The translations under genes and the position numbers were made by a program. From Alphaproteobacteria bacterium (lineage in GTDB: Bacteria; Pseudomonadota; Alphaproteobacteria; DATDPM01), in contig JBGQJC010000007.1 in the NCBI GenBank assembly GCA_041498815.1, positions 7,524 through 71,523 on the forward strand: a DNA stretch of 64,000 nucleotides, written 5' to 3'. Every line of letters starts with the position of its first letter. The stretch's first letter is position 1. A model generated the notes under the pieces. That model saw only the letters and a program-made list of their open reading frames with translations. It ran no database searches and was not told the DNA's origin. Below, in pieces: positions 19,344 to 29,737 of the stretch.

Positions 19344-20460
19344 TCATGAAACCTCGGCCTCGGCCGCCGCGATCGGAAATTCGGCCAGTTTCTTGTCCAA
19401 GACGCCGGCCTCGATTCCATCGCGCAACGCCCGCATGAAATCCTGGTAGAAGGTCAGGTTGTGTTGGGTCAAAAGCATCACGCCCAGGATTTCCTCCGCC
19501 TTGATCAAGTGATGCAGATAGGCGCGCGTAAATCCGCGGCACGCGGGACACGAACACCCCCGATCGAGCGGTGCTGCATCATCGGCGTGACGGGCATTGC
19601 GCAGATTGAGCATCCCGTCTCTGGTAAAGGCCTGGGCGGTGCGCCCGGACCGGGTGGGAAGCACGCAGTCGAACATATCGATCCCGCGCTTAACCGCGCC
19701 CAGAATATCGGCCGGCCGTCCGGCGCCCATCAGATAGCGGGGCTTGTCCGCCGGCAGTGCCGGAACGGTCTTGTCCAGAATCCGGAACATCAATTCTTGC
19801 CCTTCGCCCACCGCAAGTCCGCCCACCGCATAGCCGTCGAATCCGGCCGATGCGAGTGTCGCCGCCGATTGGAGCCTGAGTTCGGGATAGACGCCGCCCT
19901 GGACGATTCCGAACAAGGCGTGTTTGGGGCTACTCTTGAACGCGGCTTTCGAGCGCTCGGCCCAGCGCAAGGAAAGCTCCATCGACCGGGCCGTCTCTTC
20001 GGCCGCCGAGGGATAGGGCGTGCATTCGTCGAACACCATGGCGATGTCGGCGCCGAGCAGTTGCTGGATTTCGATGGAACGCTCCGGCGACAAATGGTGC
20101 TCCGTTCCGTCGATGTGGGAGCGGAAGGTTGCGCCCGATTCATCGATATCGCGCAGCTTCGCGAGCGACATGACCTGAAACCCGCCCGAATCGGTCAAGA
20201 TCGGCCCGGGCCAGTTCATGAACCGGTGCAAGCCGCCCAGATTGGCGATGCGCTCGGCGCCGGGGCGCAGCATCAGGTGATAGGCGTTGGCGAGCACGAT
20301 CTCGGTCCCGGTTTCCCGAAGCGCTTCGGGGGTCATGGCCTTGACCGTCGCCGCCGTTCCGACCGGCATGAAGGCGGGCGTTTCCACCGTGCCGTGGGCG
20401 GTGAAAAGCCGCCCGCGGCGGGCATAACCCTCCGTTTTCAAGGTCTCGAACCGGAAGGTC
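19344..20460 (-). CDS. tgt: Queuine tRNA-ribosyltransferase
   Basis: [19 protein letters not shown] and zinc-binding CxCxxC (CSCPACRGF). The start was trimmed to the GTG at 20460 ([12 protein letters not shown]...); the track ORF adds 38 implausible residues. Confidence 0.9.
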
Positions 20461-21604
20461 ACCGCCCGTCCCCGCGATGGATGAGGCAACAGTCGCCGTA
20501 GGAATAGAACCGGTATTTTTGCCGGATCGCATGGGCATAAGCGGCGTGCATGCGCCGGGTGCCGGCAAAGGCGCAAACCAATATGAAAAGCGTCGAACGC
20601 GGCAAATGGAAGTTCGTCAGAAGCAGATCGACGATGCGGAACCGGAATCTCGGCGTGATGAAGATATCCGTCTCGCCGGCGAACGGGCGCACGCCCAAAC
20701 CGTCCGCGGCCGCTTCCAAAAGCCGCAACACGGTCGAACCGACCGCGACCACGCGCCCGCCTTTGGCCCGCGCTTCGTTGATGATGCGGGCCGCCGTCTC
20801 GGAAATATGCCCCGTCTCGCCGTGCATGCGGTGGTCGAGAACGTTCTCGGTCTTGACGGGCAGAAAGGTGCCGGCGCCGACGTGAAGCGTCACGGCGGCG
20901 GTTTCCACGCCGCGCGCCCGGAGCCTTGCCATCAGCTCCGGCGTGAAATGCAGCCCGGCAGTGGGCGCCGCGACCGCGCCCGGCGTTTTTGCGAAAATCG
21001 TCTGATAGTCGCGCTTGTCGCGCTCATCGGGCGCACGCCGCCTGGCGATATAGGGCGGTATCGGCATCGCGCCGAATCTTTCAAGCGCCTGGCGGAGCGC
21101 TTCGCCGCCGCAGCCGAAGCGAAGCACGATCTCGCCACCGGCGCATTTTTCCGCGACCACCGCCTCGAAGCCGGGGGCGAATTCGATCCGGTCGCCCTGG
21201 CGAAGCCTTTTGGCGGGGCGGGCGAAGGCGCGCCAGGTGGCGGAGTCCGTTTCCTTATGCAGCGTCACCTCGATCCTGGCCGCGGGCCCGCCGGTTTTGG
21301 GGGCCCTCGTCCCCGAAAGCCGCGCTTCGATCACCTTCGTGTCGTTGAAGACGATCACGTCGTTTGGCGCCAGAAGTTGTGGCAGGTCTGGCACCGCAAG
21401 GTCGCCCAAAGCCGCCGCGATTTCGAGCATCCGCGCGGAATCGCGCGGCACGGCCGGCCGCCGCGCGATGAGCGATTCCGGCAGCGTGAAATCGAAGTCT
21501 TCGATCGGAAGCGCCGCGCTCCGGGCGGTTGCTTGGGGCTCTGCCGCCGTGGCCGGCCGGCGCGGCAATCCGCTCATCGCCGGTTGCGCGTCTCGGGCCG
21601 CCAT
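20459..21604 (-). CDS. queA: S-adenosylmethionine:tRNA ribosyltransferase-isomerase QueA
   Basis: [13 protein letters not shown]-terminus, with [16 protein letters not shown] and [12 protein letters not shown] motifs. The start may instead be the ATG at 21577. Confidence 0.85.
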   Translation of the reverse strand: MAARDAQPAMSGLPRRPATAAEPQATARSAALPIEDFDFTLPESLIARRPAVPRDSARMLEIAAALGDLAVPDLPQLLAPNDVIVFNDTKVIEARLSGTRAPKTGGPAARIEVTLHKETDSATWRAFARPAKRLRQGDRIEFAPGFEAVVAEKCAGGEIVLRFGCGGEALRQALERFGAMPIPPYIARRRAPDERDKRDYQTIFAKTPGAVAAPTAGLHFTPELMARLRARGVETAAVTLHVGAGTFLPVKTENVLDHRMHGETGHISETAARIINEARAKGGRVVAVGSTVLRLLEAAADGLGVRPFAGETDIFITPRFRFRIVDLLLTNFHLPRSTLFILVCAFAGTRRMHAAYAHAIRQKYRFYSYGDCCLIHRGDGR

Positions 21605-22875
21605 TCCGAATCGGCGGGAAACAGGCGCGCCGGCAACTCGCAGGGTGCCATCACGTCGCGCCAGTCCTGGCGGCGGCGGATGATTTCCGGCCCATCCGGC
21701 CCGATCAAAACCACCGCCGGGCGGGGCGCCGTGAATTCGGTCGCCTGCGACAGGGTATAGGCGCCCGCCTCATAGACGATCAGGGGATCGCCCGGGCGAA
21801 GCGGCGGCAAAAGAATATTCTCGGCCAGCCGGTCCTCGGGCATGCACAACGGGCCGAACACCGCCGTCGGCACGAGCACGCCCGGCAGGGGTTCGGCCGG
21901 CGCCAGGGGCCGCGGCGCGCTGCGGCCCATCTGCGGCAGGAAATTGATTCCGGCGTCCGTCACGACCGCCGGCCCGCTGGCCATCTCTTTGGCCGCCACC
22001 ACGGTGCAAGCGAGCCGGACGGCCGTATCGACCAGCGCCCGGCCCGGCTCAAGCACCAGAGCCGGGGCTTCGCCGCCGCTTTCCGCCAATGCTTCCGCAA
22101 TCGCCTCTGCAAACGGGGCCAGAGGCAGGGCCGCCGGGAATCCTCCGCCCAAATCGATCGCGCCGGGGCGAAGCCCGAACTCGGCCGCCTCGCGCTTCAA
22201 ACCCAAGAGCCCGCGCACGGCGGCGCGATACGGTTCCGGGTCGCGGTGGTCGGTTCCGGCATGATGGTGCAGCAACTCAAGGCTCAAGACGGGCTTGCCC
22301 GCGATCCTCTCGAAGGCGCGGCGCATATCGCGGAGGCCGAATCGCGACCATGGTGCCGCTATCTTGCCGAGATCGGCCCTAAGGCCGATGCGGGCGCGGC
22401 GCTGCGGCCCGAAACCCGGTTCATCGGCGATGGCGATCGCCGCCTCGAGTTCGCCTAATCCGTCGACCACCACAAGCGCGCCGTCGCGGAGCGCCGCGCT
22501 CAATTCGCCGCGGGTTTTGCCCGGTCCGTTGAAGACGATGTCGCTGGGTGCGACGCCGAGCGATCGGGCAAGCGCGTATTCCATGCCGGAGACGACCTCG
22601 GCCCCGGCGCCTTCCTGGTGCAGAATGGCGCAGAGCGCCGGCAGGTAGTTGGTCTTGTAAGAATAGGCGATGCGTGGACGAAGCCCGGCAAAGGCGCCGC
22701 GAAACGCCCGGTAGCCATGGCGCAGCGCCGTCTCCGACACGATGAACAGGGGCGATCCGAACCGGCCGAGCAGCGCCGGCACATTGAGCGCGCCGGATTG
22801 CGGCGCCGCGGGGGAATTGGCAAGCGGGTCGAACATCGGGCCGATCGGATTGCCGCCGCGGGGATGCAGACTCAT
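21574..22875 (-). CDS. Fold-type III PLP-dependent decarboxylase (Orn/DAP/Arg decarboxylase family, LysA-like)
   Basis: 433 aa with the AYSYKTN PLP-lysine motif, GGGFP and a C-terminal beta-sandwich (EAGAYT). Confidence 0.7.
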   Translation of the reverse strand: MSLHPRGGNPIGPMFDPLANSPAAPQSGALNVPALLGRFGSPLFIVSETALRHGYRAFRGAFAGLRPRIAYSYKTNYLPALCAILHQEGAGAEVVSGMEYALARSLGVAPSDIVFNGPGKTRGELSAALRDGALVVVDGLGELEAAIAIADEPGFGPQRRARIGLRADLGKIAAPWSRFGLRDMRRAFERIAGKPVLSLELLHHHAGTDHRDPEPYRAAVRGLLGLKREAAEFGLRPGAIDLGGGFPAALPLAPFAEAIAEALAESGGEAPALVLEPGRALVDTAVRLACTVVAAKEMASGPAVVTDAGINFLPQMGRSAPRPLAPAEPLPGVLVPTAVFGPLCMPEDRLAENILLPPLRPGDPLIVYEAGAYTLSQATEFTAPRPAVVLIGPDGPEIIRRRQDWRDVMAPCELPARLFPADSEWRPETRNRR

Positions 22876-22918
22876 GCGCGGGGCAGCTTGGCGCGAAGGC
22901 GGGCGTCAGGCAAGCGCC

Positions 22919-23287
22919 TCAGCTCGCCAGAACTTCCCGCAGCTTGGCGAGCCGGATCGGCTTGGTCAGGCGGTTGATGTTGCGCAGCCCATAGGCGTCG
23001 CTCAGCTTCTGGGCGCTGTCCAGATACTTCTCGCTGTAGCCGCTCATGACCAAGACCTTCGCCTGGCAGCCGCGCTTGGCGAGATCGCGCAGCAACTCGA
23101 TCCCGTCGATGTCGGGCATGACGATGTCGAGCATGATGTGGGTGGGGTCGAACGACTCATAGGCGGCCTGGAACTCGTCCGCCGAGGCGGTCACGGTCAC
23201 GGAAAATCCCAACTCTTCCGCGACGGTGCGGATGAATTCGCCGATGTCCCGTTCGTCGTCGATGACGAGCAGCCGCTTTTCGCTCAC
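22919..23287 (-). CDS. Single-domain response regulator (CheY-like receiver)
   Basis: RLLVIDDERD ... MLDIVMPDIDG ... LVMSGY ... receiver motifs. The start was taken at the GTG at 23287. Confidence 0.7.
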   Translation of the reverse strand: MSEKRLLVIDDERDIGEFIRTVAEELGFSVTVTASADEFQAAYESFDPTHIMLDIVMPDIDGIELLRDLAKRGCQAKVLVMSGYSEKYLDSAQKLSDAYGLRNINRLTKPIRLAKLREVLAS

Positions 23288-23504
23288 ATTTGCCTCAAAG
23301 CCCGGCGCCGATAAGCCGACGCCCGAATCCTCCGGTCCCGCGAAAAAAACCATGTCCCGCAGCCTGATCCCGGATATGCGGATTCGGGCCTATATTCAAA
23401 CGGTTACATTGACGGATCGAAATAATCCTACCTTGCCGGCCGGCCCGGGTAAACCAATAACGGACGGCCGAAGCAAAATCCGGCCGCTTGCCGTCATGCG
23501 GCCG

Positions 23505-24665
23505 TCATGTCGCGGTCATGCGGCCGATCAGGCGGCGCAAAAAATCTTCGCACCGCGCGACTTGGTCGAGTGCGACGAACTCGTCGGGCTTATGGGCCTC
23601 GGCGATTCCGCCCGGGCCGCAGACCACGGCCGGGATGCCCGCTTCGTGGAACAGCCCGGCTTCGGTCCCGAAGCTCACCTTGCCCGCCGAATTCGAGCCC
23701 GACAGCGTTTTCGCGAGCTGCGCGATATCCGAATCCTCGGGCGTGGCAAGACCGGGAAATCCCGACAACGCCTCCCAAGTTATGCCGGCCAGGGGCGAGA
23801 TGGCCCGCATGTCCGGGACCAATGCGGTATCCGCGTATTCCCGGACCTCGTCGATCAAATCCTCGGGCGATTCTCCGGGAAGGGTGCGGATTTCGAAATC
23901 AAAGATGCATTCCGCGGGCACGATATTGAGCGCGATGCCGCCCGAAATGGTTCCGGTATGCACGGTGCCGAACGGCGGATCGAATCCGGGATCGCATCGC
24001 GCGCGAAGCCTTCGCCCCATCGCCCGCAGATACGTAACGATCTCGGCCGCGGTCTCGACCGCGTTCACGCCATAAGGCGCCATCGCCGAATGGCACGCCA
24101 ATCCGTGCACCAGGCAGCGCATGGCGGCCTTGCCCTTATGGGCGGTCACCACCTTCATGCCCGTCGGTTCGCCGACGATGCAAGCCATGGGTTTCACGGG
24201 CATGCGCGCGAGCGCCGCGATCAAGCCGCGCACGCCCACGCATCCGATCTCCTCGTCGTAAGAGAAGGCAAGATGGATCGGCGCCGAAAACTGGGCTTCG
24301 ACCATCTCGGGAACCAGCGCCAGCGCGACCGCGACAAAGCTTTTCATGTCGGCGGTGCCGCGCCCGTAAATCTTGCCGTTCTTTTCAACCGCGACGAACG
24401 GATCGCTCGACCAGTTCTGGTCATCGACCGGCACCACGTCGGTATGGCCCGATAGGGCGATGCCGGGCCGGTCCTTGGGCCCGATGGTTGCGAAAAGATT
24501 GGCCTTGGTGCCGGTTTCGTCGGGAATCAGAATCGAATCGACGCCGAGACCGGCCAAACTGTCGCGCACGAATTCGATGAGCCGCAGGTTCGACTTGCGG
24601 CTCACGGTGTCGAAGCCGACCAGGCGGTGGATGAGTTCGATGGTGCGGTCGCTCGGGCGGGTCAT
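23505..24665 (-). CDS. argE: M20 family metallopeptidase, acetylornithine deacetylase (ArgE)-like
   Basis: 386 aa with SGHTDVVP, GRGTADMKS and the EE of the M20 catalytic site (YDEEIG). Confidence 0.75.
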   Translation of the reverse strand: MTRPSDRTIELIHRLVGFDTVSRKSNLRLIEFVRDSLAGLGVDSILIPDETGTKANLFATIGPKDRPGIALSGHTDVVPVDDQNWSSDPFVAVEKNGKIYGRGTADMKSFVAVALALVPEMVEAQFSAPIHLAFSYDEEIGCVGVRGLIAALARMPVKPMACIVGEPTGMKVVTAHKGKAAMRCLVHGLACHSAMAPYGVNAVETAAEIVTYLRAMGRRLRARCDPGFDPPFGTVHTGTISGGIALNIVPAECIFDFEIRTLPGESPEDLIDEVREYADTALVPDMRAISPLAGITWEALSGFPGLATPEDSDIAQLAKTLSGSNSAGKVSFGTEAGLFHEAGIPAVVCGPGGIAEAHKPDEFVALDQVARCEDFLRRLIGRMTAT

Positions 24666-24686
24666 GAAGGGCGCTGGACGCTGCGG

Positions 24687-25463
24687 CTAAGGCGTGAACT
24701 GTTCCTTGAGGATCCGTTCGGCCAGGTTCTGGTCGGGGTCGAACAGCAGGGTATGAACCACGCTGCGATCCTCCCGCACCCGGACCTCCGCCACCTCGCG
24801 CACCTCGGTGTAATCGGCGACCGCGCTCACGGGCCGCTTATCGCTTTCCAACACCTCGAAGGCGACGACGGCGGTGTGGGGCAACAAGGCGCCGCGCCAG
24901 CGCCGCGGCCGGAACACGCTGATCGGGGTCAGCGCCAAAATCGGCGCGTCCAAGGGCACGATCGGCCCGTGCGCCGACAGGTTATAGGCGGTGGAACCCG
25001 CGGGCGTCGCCACCAGGACGCCGTCGCACAGCATCTCCTCCATCCGCACCATGCCATCGATGATGATTCGAATCTTCGCGGTCTGGTGCGTCTGGCGCAA
25101 CAGCGAAACCTCGTTGATGGCGAGCGCCTTGTGCATCTCGCCGTTGACGCGCCGTGCCTCCATCTGCAGGGGATGAACAACCGCGGGCCGTGCCGCCGCA
25201 AGCCGCTCGACCAGGTTCATTTCGTCATAGCGGTTCATCAAGAATCCGACGCTGCCCAGATTCATCCCGAAGATCGGGACATTGCGCCGCATGTAACGGT
25301 GCAGCGTCTCCAGCATCGTGCCGTCGCCGCCGAGCGCCACGATGACGTCCGCCTCGTCCGGGTCGCTGTGGGGATAGCGTTTCGTCAGCGCGGCATACGC
25401 CTTCTGCGCCAAATCGTTGTTGTTGGCGACGAACGCGATTTTGCCTATGTCCTTATCCGGCAC
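24687..25463 (-). CDS. nadK: NAD kinase
   Basis: [12 protein letters not shown] (GGDG motif) and NEVS...DGV...[17 protein letters not shown] conserved segments. Confidence 0.85.
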   Translation of the reverse strand: MPDKDIGKIAFVANNNDLAQKAYAALTKRYPHSDPDEADVIVALGGDGTMLETLHRYMRRNVPIFGMNLGSVGFLMNRYDEMNLVERLAAARPAVVHPLQMEARRVNGEMHKALAINEVSLLRQTHQTAKIRIIIDGMVRMEEMLCDGVLVATPAGSTAYNLSAHGPIVPLDAPILALTPISVFRPRRWRGALLPHTAVVAFEVLESDKRPVSAVADYTEVREVAEVRVREDRSVVHTLLFDPDQNLAERILKEQFTP

Positions 25464-25533
25464 GAGGATACCCCCAGGTCAGGAGAGAGCGCCGAGTATA
25501 ACGAAGGATGGGTGCCGCGCCAGCGCCGCCGGG

Positions 25534-26553
25534 CTAGCCGCCGGTGACGTTCATGTGGCGGGCCAGCGCCGGGCCGGAATGACGGCGGTCGATGACGAAG
25601 TCGTGGCCCTTGGGCTTGCGCGAAATGGCCTCGGCGATCGCCGCGCGCAACGGGTCATCGGAGTCGCTCATGCGAAGCGGCATGCGCAGATCGGCCGCGT
25701 CGTCCCGGCCCAGGCACATGTAGAGCGTCCCGGTGCAGGTGAGGCGGACGCGGTTGCAGGATTCGCAGAAATTATGGGTCAGCGGCGTGATGAATCCGAG
25801 CTTGCGCCCGGTTTCCTTCACCACCGCATAGCGCGCGGGGCCGCCGCTGCGATAATCCGTGTCCTCGAGCGTCCAGCTTCGCGCAAGCCGCGCGCGCACC
25901 GTGGAAAGCGGCAGGTATTGGTCGAGGCGGGCGCCAAAGCCGACTTCGCCCATCGGCATCACCTCGATGAAGGTCAGGTCGAATCCTTGCCCGCCGCACC
26001 AGCGCATCAGCGCGTCGAATTCGTCTTCGTTCACGCCCTTGAGCGCGACCGTATTGATTTTGATCGCGAGCCCGGCGGCTTTCGCGGCGGCGATGCCTTC
26101 CATCACCGGCCCAAGCTTGCCCCAGCGCGTCAGGGCGGTGAATTTGGCCGCATCGAGCGTATCGAGCGAGACATTGATGCGGCGCACGCCGAGGCGGTAA
26201 AGCTCGTCCGCGTATTTGGCAAGCTGGCTGCCGTTGGTGGTCAGTGTCAGTTCCTGAAGCGTGTTGTCCGTCAAATGCCGCGACAGGCTTTCGACCAGAC
26301 TCATGATGTTGCGCCGGACCAAAGGCTCGCCGCCGGTCAAGCGCAGCTTCGTCACCCCGAGCGCTACGAAGGCGCTGCACACCCGGTCCAGCTCTTCGAG
26401 GCTCAGGATCTTCGCCTTGGGCAAAAAGCCCATGTCTTCCGACATGCAATAGACGCAGCGGAAATCGCAGCGGTCGGTGACCGATACGCGAAGGTAGGTG
26501 ATCGCGCGGCCGAAGGGATCGACGAGAGGCGCCATATCGCTTGTCCGTTTCAC
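25534..26553 (-). CDS. moaA: GTP 3',8-cyclase MoaA (molybdenum cofactor biosynthesis, radical SAM)
   Basis: CDFRCVYCM radical-SAM motif, LTGGEPL and a C-terminal [13 protein letters not shown] second cluster. Confidence 0.9.
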   Translation of the reverse strand: MKRTSDMAPLVDPFGRAITYLRVSVTDRCDFRCVYCMSEDMGFLPKAKILSLEELDRVCSAFVALGVTKLRLTGGEPLVRRNIMSLVESLSRHLTDNTLQELTLTTNGSQLAKYADELYRLGVRRINVSLDTLDAAKFTALTRWGKLGPVMEGIAAAKAAGLAIKINTVALKGVNEDEFDALMRWCGGQGFDLTFIEVMPMGEVGFGARLDQYLPLSTVRARLARSWTLEDTDYRSGGPARYAVVKETGRKLGFITPLTHNFCESCNRVRLTCTGTLYMCLGRDDAADLRMPLRMSDSDDPLRAAIAEAISRKPKGHDFVIDRRHSGPALARHMNVTGG

Positions 26554-26625
26554 GTCAAAAGATAGGTTCGAGCCTGCCCGATTTCGCCCCTAAAGATCAT
26601 GGGGATATGGGGATTTCGCTCGAGT

Positions 26626-27333
26626 CTACCACAGCAATTCGCCGGCGATGAAGGCGGCGGCCTCCCGGGTGGCGGGCTTGGCGAAGAACCGGCCGCAGGC
26701 GGCGCGTTCGACCAAGCGGCCGTGGTGCAGAAAAACGATCTCGTCGGCGAGGCGGCGCGCCTGGCCCAGATCGTGGGTGGTCATGACGATCTTGGCGCCC
26801 GCGGCAAACCGCAGGATCAGGTCCTCGATCGCGCGCGCCGAAGCGGGATCGAGATTCGCGGTCGGCTCGTCCAGGAACAGAACCTGGGGCCGCAGCGCCC
26901 AGGCTCTCGCCAAGGCCAGGCGCTGCTGTTCGCCGCCCGATAGCACCCGCGCCGGGCGCTCGGCCAATCCGTTCAAGCCGGAAGCGGCGAGCGCCTCCGC
27001 GATCCGGCCGCGGCGCTCCGCCCTTGGCACATGGCGGACGCTAAGCGCAAAGGCGACGTTTGCGGCGGCCGAGCGGCGCAGCATCACCGGGCGCTGGAAC
27101 ACCATCGCCTGATGGACGGAAGCCGAGCCGGCGCCGGGGCCAAGCCATTCGATGCTGCCGGATGTCGGGCGCAAAAGCCCGTGGCATAGGCGAAGCAAAA
27201 GGCTCTTGCCCGCGCCGTTGGGGCCGAGAATGACCGTGCGCGGCCCGGGTTCGAGCGTGAGAGAGAGGCGATCGAGGAGAAGGCCGCCGCGCGTCTCGTA
27301 GCACATTTCGCTGAGCGCAAGCGGCAGAATCAT
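26626..27333 (-). CDS. ABC transporter ATP-binding protein (tungstate/molybdate-type, small TupC-like)
   Basis: Walker A GPNGAGKS, signature LSGGEQQR and Walker B LFLDEP. The start was trimmed to the ATG at 27331-27333, which overlaps the permease stop in ATGA. The 548-aa track ORF is a read-through artefact. Confidence 0.8.
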   Translation of the reverse strand: MILPLALSEMCYETRGGLLLDRLSLTLEPGPRTVILGPNGAGKSLLLRLCHGLLRPTSGSIEWLGPGAGSASVHQAMVFQRPVMLRRSAAANVAFALSVRHVPRAERRGRIAEALAASGLNGLAERPARVLSGGEQQRLALARAWALRPQVLFLDEPTANLDPASARAIEDLILRFAAGAKIVMTTHDLGQARRLADEIVFLHHGRLVERAACGRFFAKPATREAAAFIAGELLW

Positions 27334-28034
27334 GCCTCGTGCCGCCGCACGAAATCGGCGACCAGATAGGCGCCGCCGTTGATCGAAATCGAAATCAGGA
27401 TGAGGATGAATCCAAGACCCAAGGCGAGGGGTAAATCGCCCTTGCTGGTTTCGAGCATGATCGCCGTCGTCATGACCCGGGTCGCGTGGTCGATGTTGCC
27501 GCCCACGATCATGACCGCGCCCACCTCCGCCGTCGCCCGGCCGAACCCGGCCATCACGGTGGTCAGCAACGTGTATCGCCCGTCCCATAAAAGCGCGGGC
27601 AGGGCGCGCGCCGGCGTCGCACCCAGCGAGCACAGTTGCTCTTCGTATTCGCGCCACAAATCCTCGACCACTTGGCGGGTCAGCGCCGCGATCAACGGCG
27701 TGATCAGCACCGCCTGGGCGACGATCATGGCGGCCGGCGTGAACAGCAGCCCGAACACGCCGAGCGGCCCCGAACGGGACAGCAGCAAGTAGATCATGAG
27801 GCCGACGACGACCGGCGGAAGCCCCATGCAGGCGTTGAGCAAAACGGTCGCCGGCCGCCGTCCCGGAAACCGGAACAGGGCCACCGCCGCCCCCAGAGGA
27901 AGACCGGCGAGCGTGGCCAGCGTCACCGACGTGACGCTGACGAAAAGCGACAGGCGCACGATCTCGCCCAGCTCCGGATCGCGGGCGGCGATCAAGGAGA
28001 AAGCGGCGGCGAAGGCCTGGGAAAGGTCGGTCAT
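27330..28034 (-). CDS. ABC transporter permease (TupB/ModB-like, 5-6 TM)
   Basis: 234 aa with an MFS-unrelated ABC-2 permease topology and an EAA-like loop (LCSLGATPARAL). No periplasmic binding-protein gene lies adjacent. Confidence 0.7.
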   Translation of the reverse strand: MTDLSQAFAAAFSLIAARDPELGEIVRLSLFVSVTSVTLATLAGLPLGAAVALFRFPGRRPATVLLNACMGLPPVVVGLMIYLLLSRSGPLGVFGLLFTPAAMIVAQAVLITPLIAALTRQVVEDLWREYEEQLCSLGATPARALPALLWDGRYTLLTTVMAGFGRATAEVGAVMIVGGNIDHATRVMTTAIMLETSKGDLPLALGLGFILILISISINGGAYLVADFVRRHEA

Positions 28035-28120
28035 GGCGCCACGACACTAAGGCGGGGCCATGACCCCGGCAAGGCCGGGCCCGGCTTGCCGCAAGCCCGG
28101 ATGCGCGCCATATTCCCGGA

Positions 28121-28996
28121 ATGAAAGAGTTTTTGGTCCGGCCCAATCCCGCCGATCCGCGGCTCACGCGCCGCGTGTCGGGGATAGACCAAGAGGGCCG
28201 TGCGATCGAAACATCGGTCATCACCGAGCGGCCGCTCACCCTGTTCCTGAACGGGCGCGAGATCGTCACCATGATGACGATCGGTGATTACCCCGAGGAT
28301 CTCGCCGTCGGCTATCTCCTCAACCAGAACATGCTGCACCCGGACGACAAGGTGCAGGCGGTGGATTACGACGACGAGCTCGGCGTCGTCGTCGTGCGCA
28401 CCGGCCGCGAAACCGATTTCGAGGAAAAGCTCAAGAAGAAAACCCTCACCTCCGGCTGCGCCCAGGGCACCGTCTTCGGCGACGTGATGGAGAAGTTCGA
28501 CGAGATCGAGCTCGACAAAAACGCGAAGCTTCGCACCTCTTGGCTCTACGCGCTGACACGCAAGATCAACACCGCGCCCAGCCTCTATCTCGAGGCCGGC
28601 GCCATCCACGGCTGCGTGCTGTGCGAGGAAGACCGGGTGCTCATCTACATGGAAGACGTGGGCCGCCACAACGCGGTCGATAAATGCGCGGGCTATATGT
28701 ACCGCGAAAATATCTCGCCCAAAGGCAAGATGTTCTACACGACCGGGCGGCTCACCAGCGAAATGGTGATCAAGACGGTGCAGATGCAAATCCCGATCTT
28801 GCTTTCGCGCTCCGGCTTCACCGCCTGGGGCGTGGATCTTGCGCGCCGCGCCAACCTCACGCTGGTCGGCCGCGCCAAGGGCAAGCGATTCGTCGTGCTG
28901 TCCGGCGAACAGCGCATCGTGTTCGACGCGAATCCCAAAGATATCGGCGAAGAGCCGGTCCACGTCCGGCGCAAGGCCAGTGAGGATGTCGCCTGA
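28121..28996 (+). CDS. fdhD: Formate dehydrogenase accessory sulfurtransferase FdhD
   Basis: 291 aa with conserved GCAQGT, the catalytic Cys region and DVGRHNAVDK. Confidence 0.85.
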   Translation: MKEFLVRPNPADPRLTRRVSGIDQEGRAIETSVITERPLTLFLNGREIVTMMTIGDYPEDLAVGYLLNQNMLHPDDKVQAVDYDDELGVVVVRTGRETDFEEKLKKKTLTSGCAQGTVFGDVMEKFDEIELDKNAKLRTSWLYALTRKINTAPSLYLEAGAIHGCVLCEEDRVLIYMEDVGRHNAVDKCAGYMYRENISPKGKMFYTTGRLTSEMVIKTVQMQIPILLSRSGFTAWGVDLARRANLTLVGRAKGKRFVVLSGEQRIVFDANPKDIGEEPVHVRRKASEDVA

Positions 28997-29615
28997 AAGC
29001 CCGCGTGTCGCGGGCGTCCTTCTCGCCGGCGGCCGCTCCCGGCGCATGGGCGGCGGCGACAAGGCGTTGCTTACGCTTCATGGTGAAACGCTGCTGGCGC
29101 GCGTGATTGCCCGGGTAAAGCCCCAGGTGCAATCGCTGGTCTTGAATGCGAACGGCGATCCCGCGCGTTTCGCCGCGTTCAAGCTTCCGGTCGTTCCCGA
29201 TTCCGTGCCCGGTTTTCCCGGCCCCTTGGCGGGTGTTTTGACCGGCCTCGAATGGGCGCTGGCCAATGCCAAAGACATTTCCTGGGTCGCCAGTTTTCCA
29301 TCCGATGCGCCGTTTCTGCCGCGCGATCTCGTGGCGCGTCTTGCCGAGGCCGCGCAAGGCGCCGATATGGCCTGCGCCGCATCGGGCGGGCGGCGGCATC
29401 CGGTGGCGGGCCTATGGCCGGTGGCGCTCGCCCGAGGTCTCCGCCGCGCGGTCGTAAACGAGGGCCTGCGCAAGGTCGAAGACTGGACCGGGCGATTTAA
29501 CGTCGCCGTTGTGGATTATCCGCTCGCCCCCTTCGATCCCTTCTTCAACGCCAATACGCCCGAGGATTTGGCGGAAGCCGAGCGGATTCTGGGCTTCGAG
29601 GAAGCGAAAGCCTGA
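28986..29615 (+). CDS. mobA: Molybdenum cofactor guanylyltransferase MobA
   Basis: GVLLAGGRSRRMGG-DKALL N-terminus. The start at the ATG at 28986 overlaps the fdhD 3' end by 11 nt. Confidence 0.85.
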   Translation: MSPESPRVAGVLLAGGRSRRMGGGDKALLTLHGETLLARVIARVKPQVQSLVLNANGDPARFAAFKLPVVPDSVPGFPGPLAGVLTGLEWALANAKDISWVASFPSDAPFLPRDLVARLAEAAQGADMACAASGGRRHPVAGLWPVALARGLRRAVVNEGLRKVEDWTGRFNVAVVDYPLAPFDPFFNANTPEDLAEAERILGFEEAKA

Positions 29616-29737
29616 CCGTCACAAAACCGTCTCCGGCCCCTTATGGACTTGGGCGGGCACTTTTGCCATGCTGCTGCCCGGCGCACCGCTAGGGGCGCCC
29701 GAACGAAGATACGGCCGATAAAAACAGGGGGGGATCC

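Noticed and set aside
26626-28272. 548-aa ORF
   Set aside because: This is a read-through fusion. The last 235 aa is the ABC ATPase; the N-terminal part is antisense or out-of-frame relative to the permease gene.
28031-29062. 343-aa minus-strand ORF
   Set aside because: It is antisense to well-supported fdhD and has no domains.
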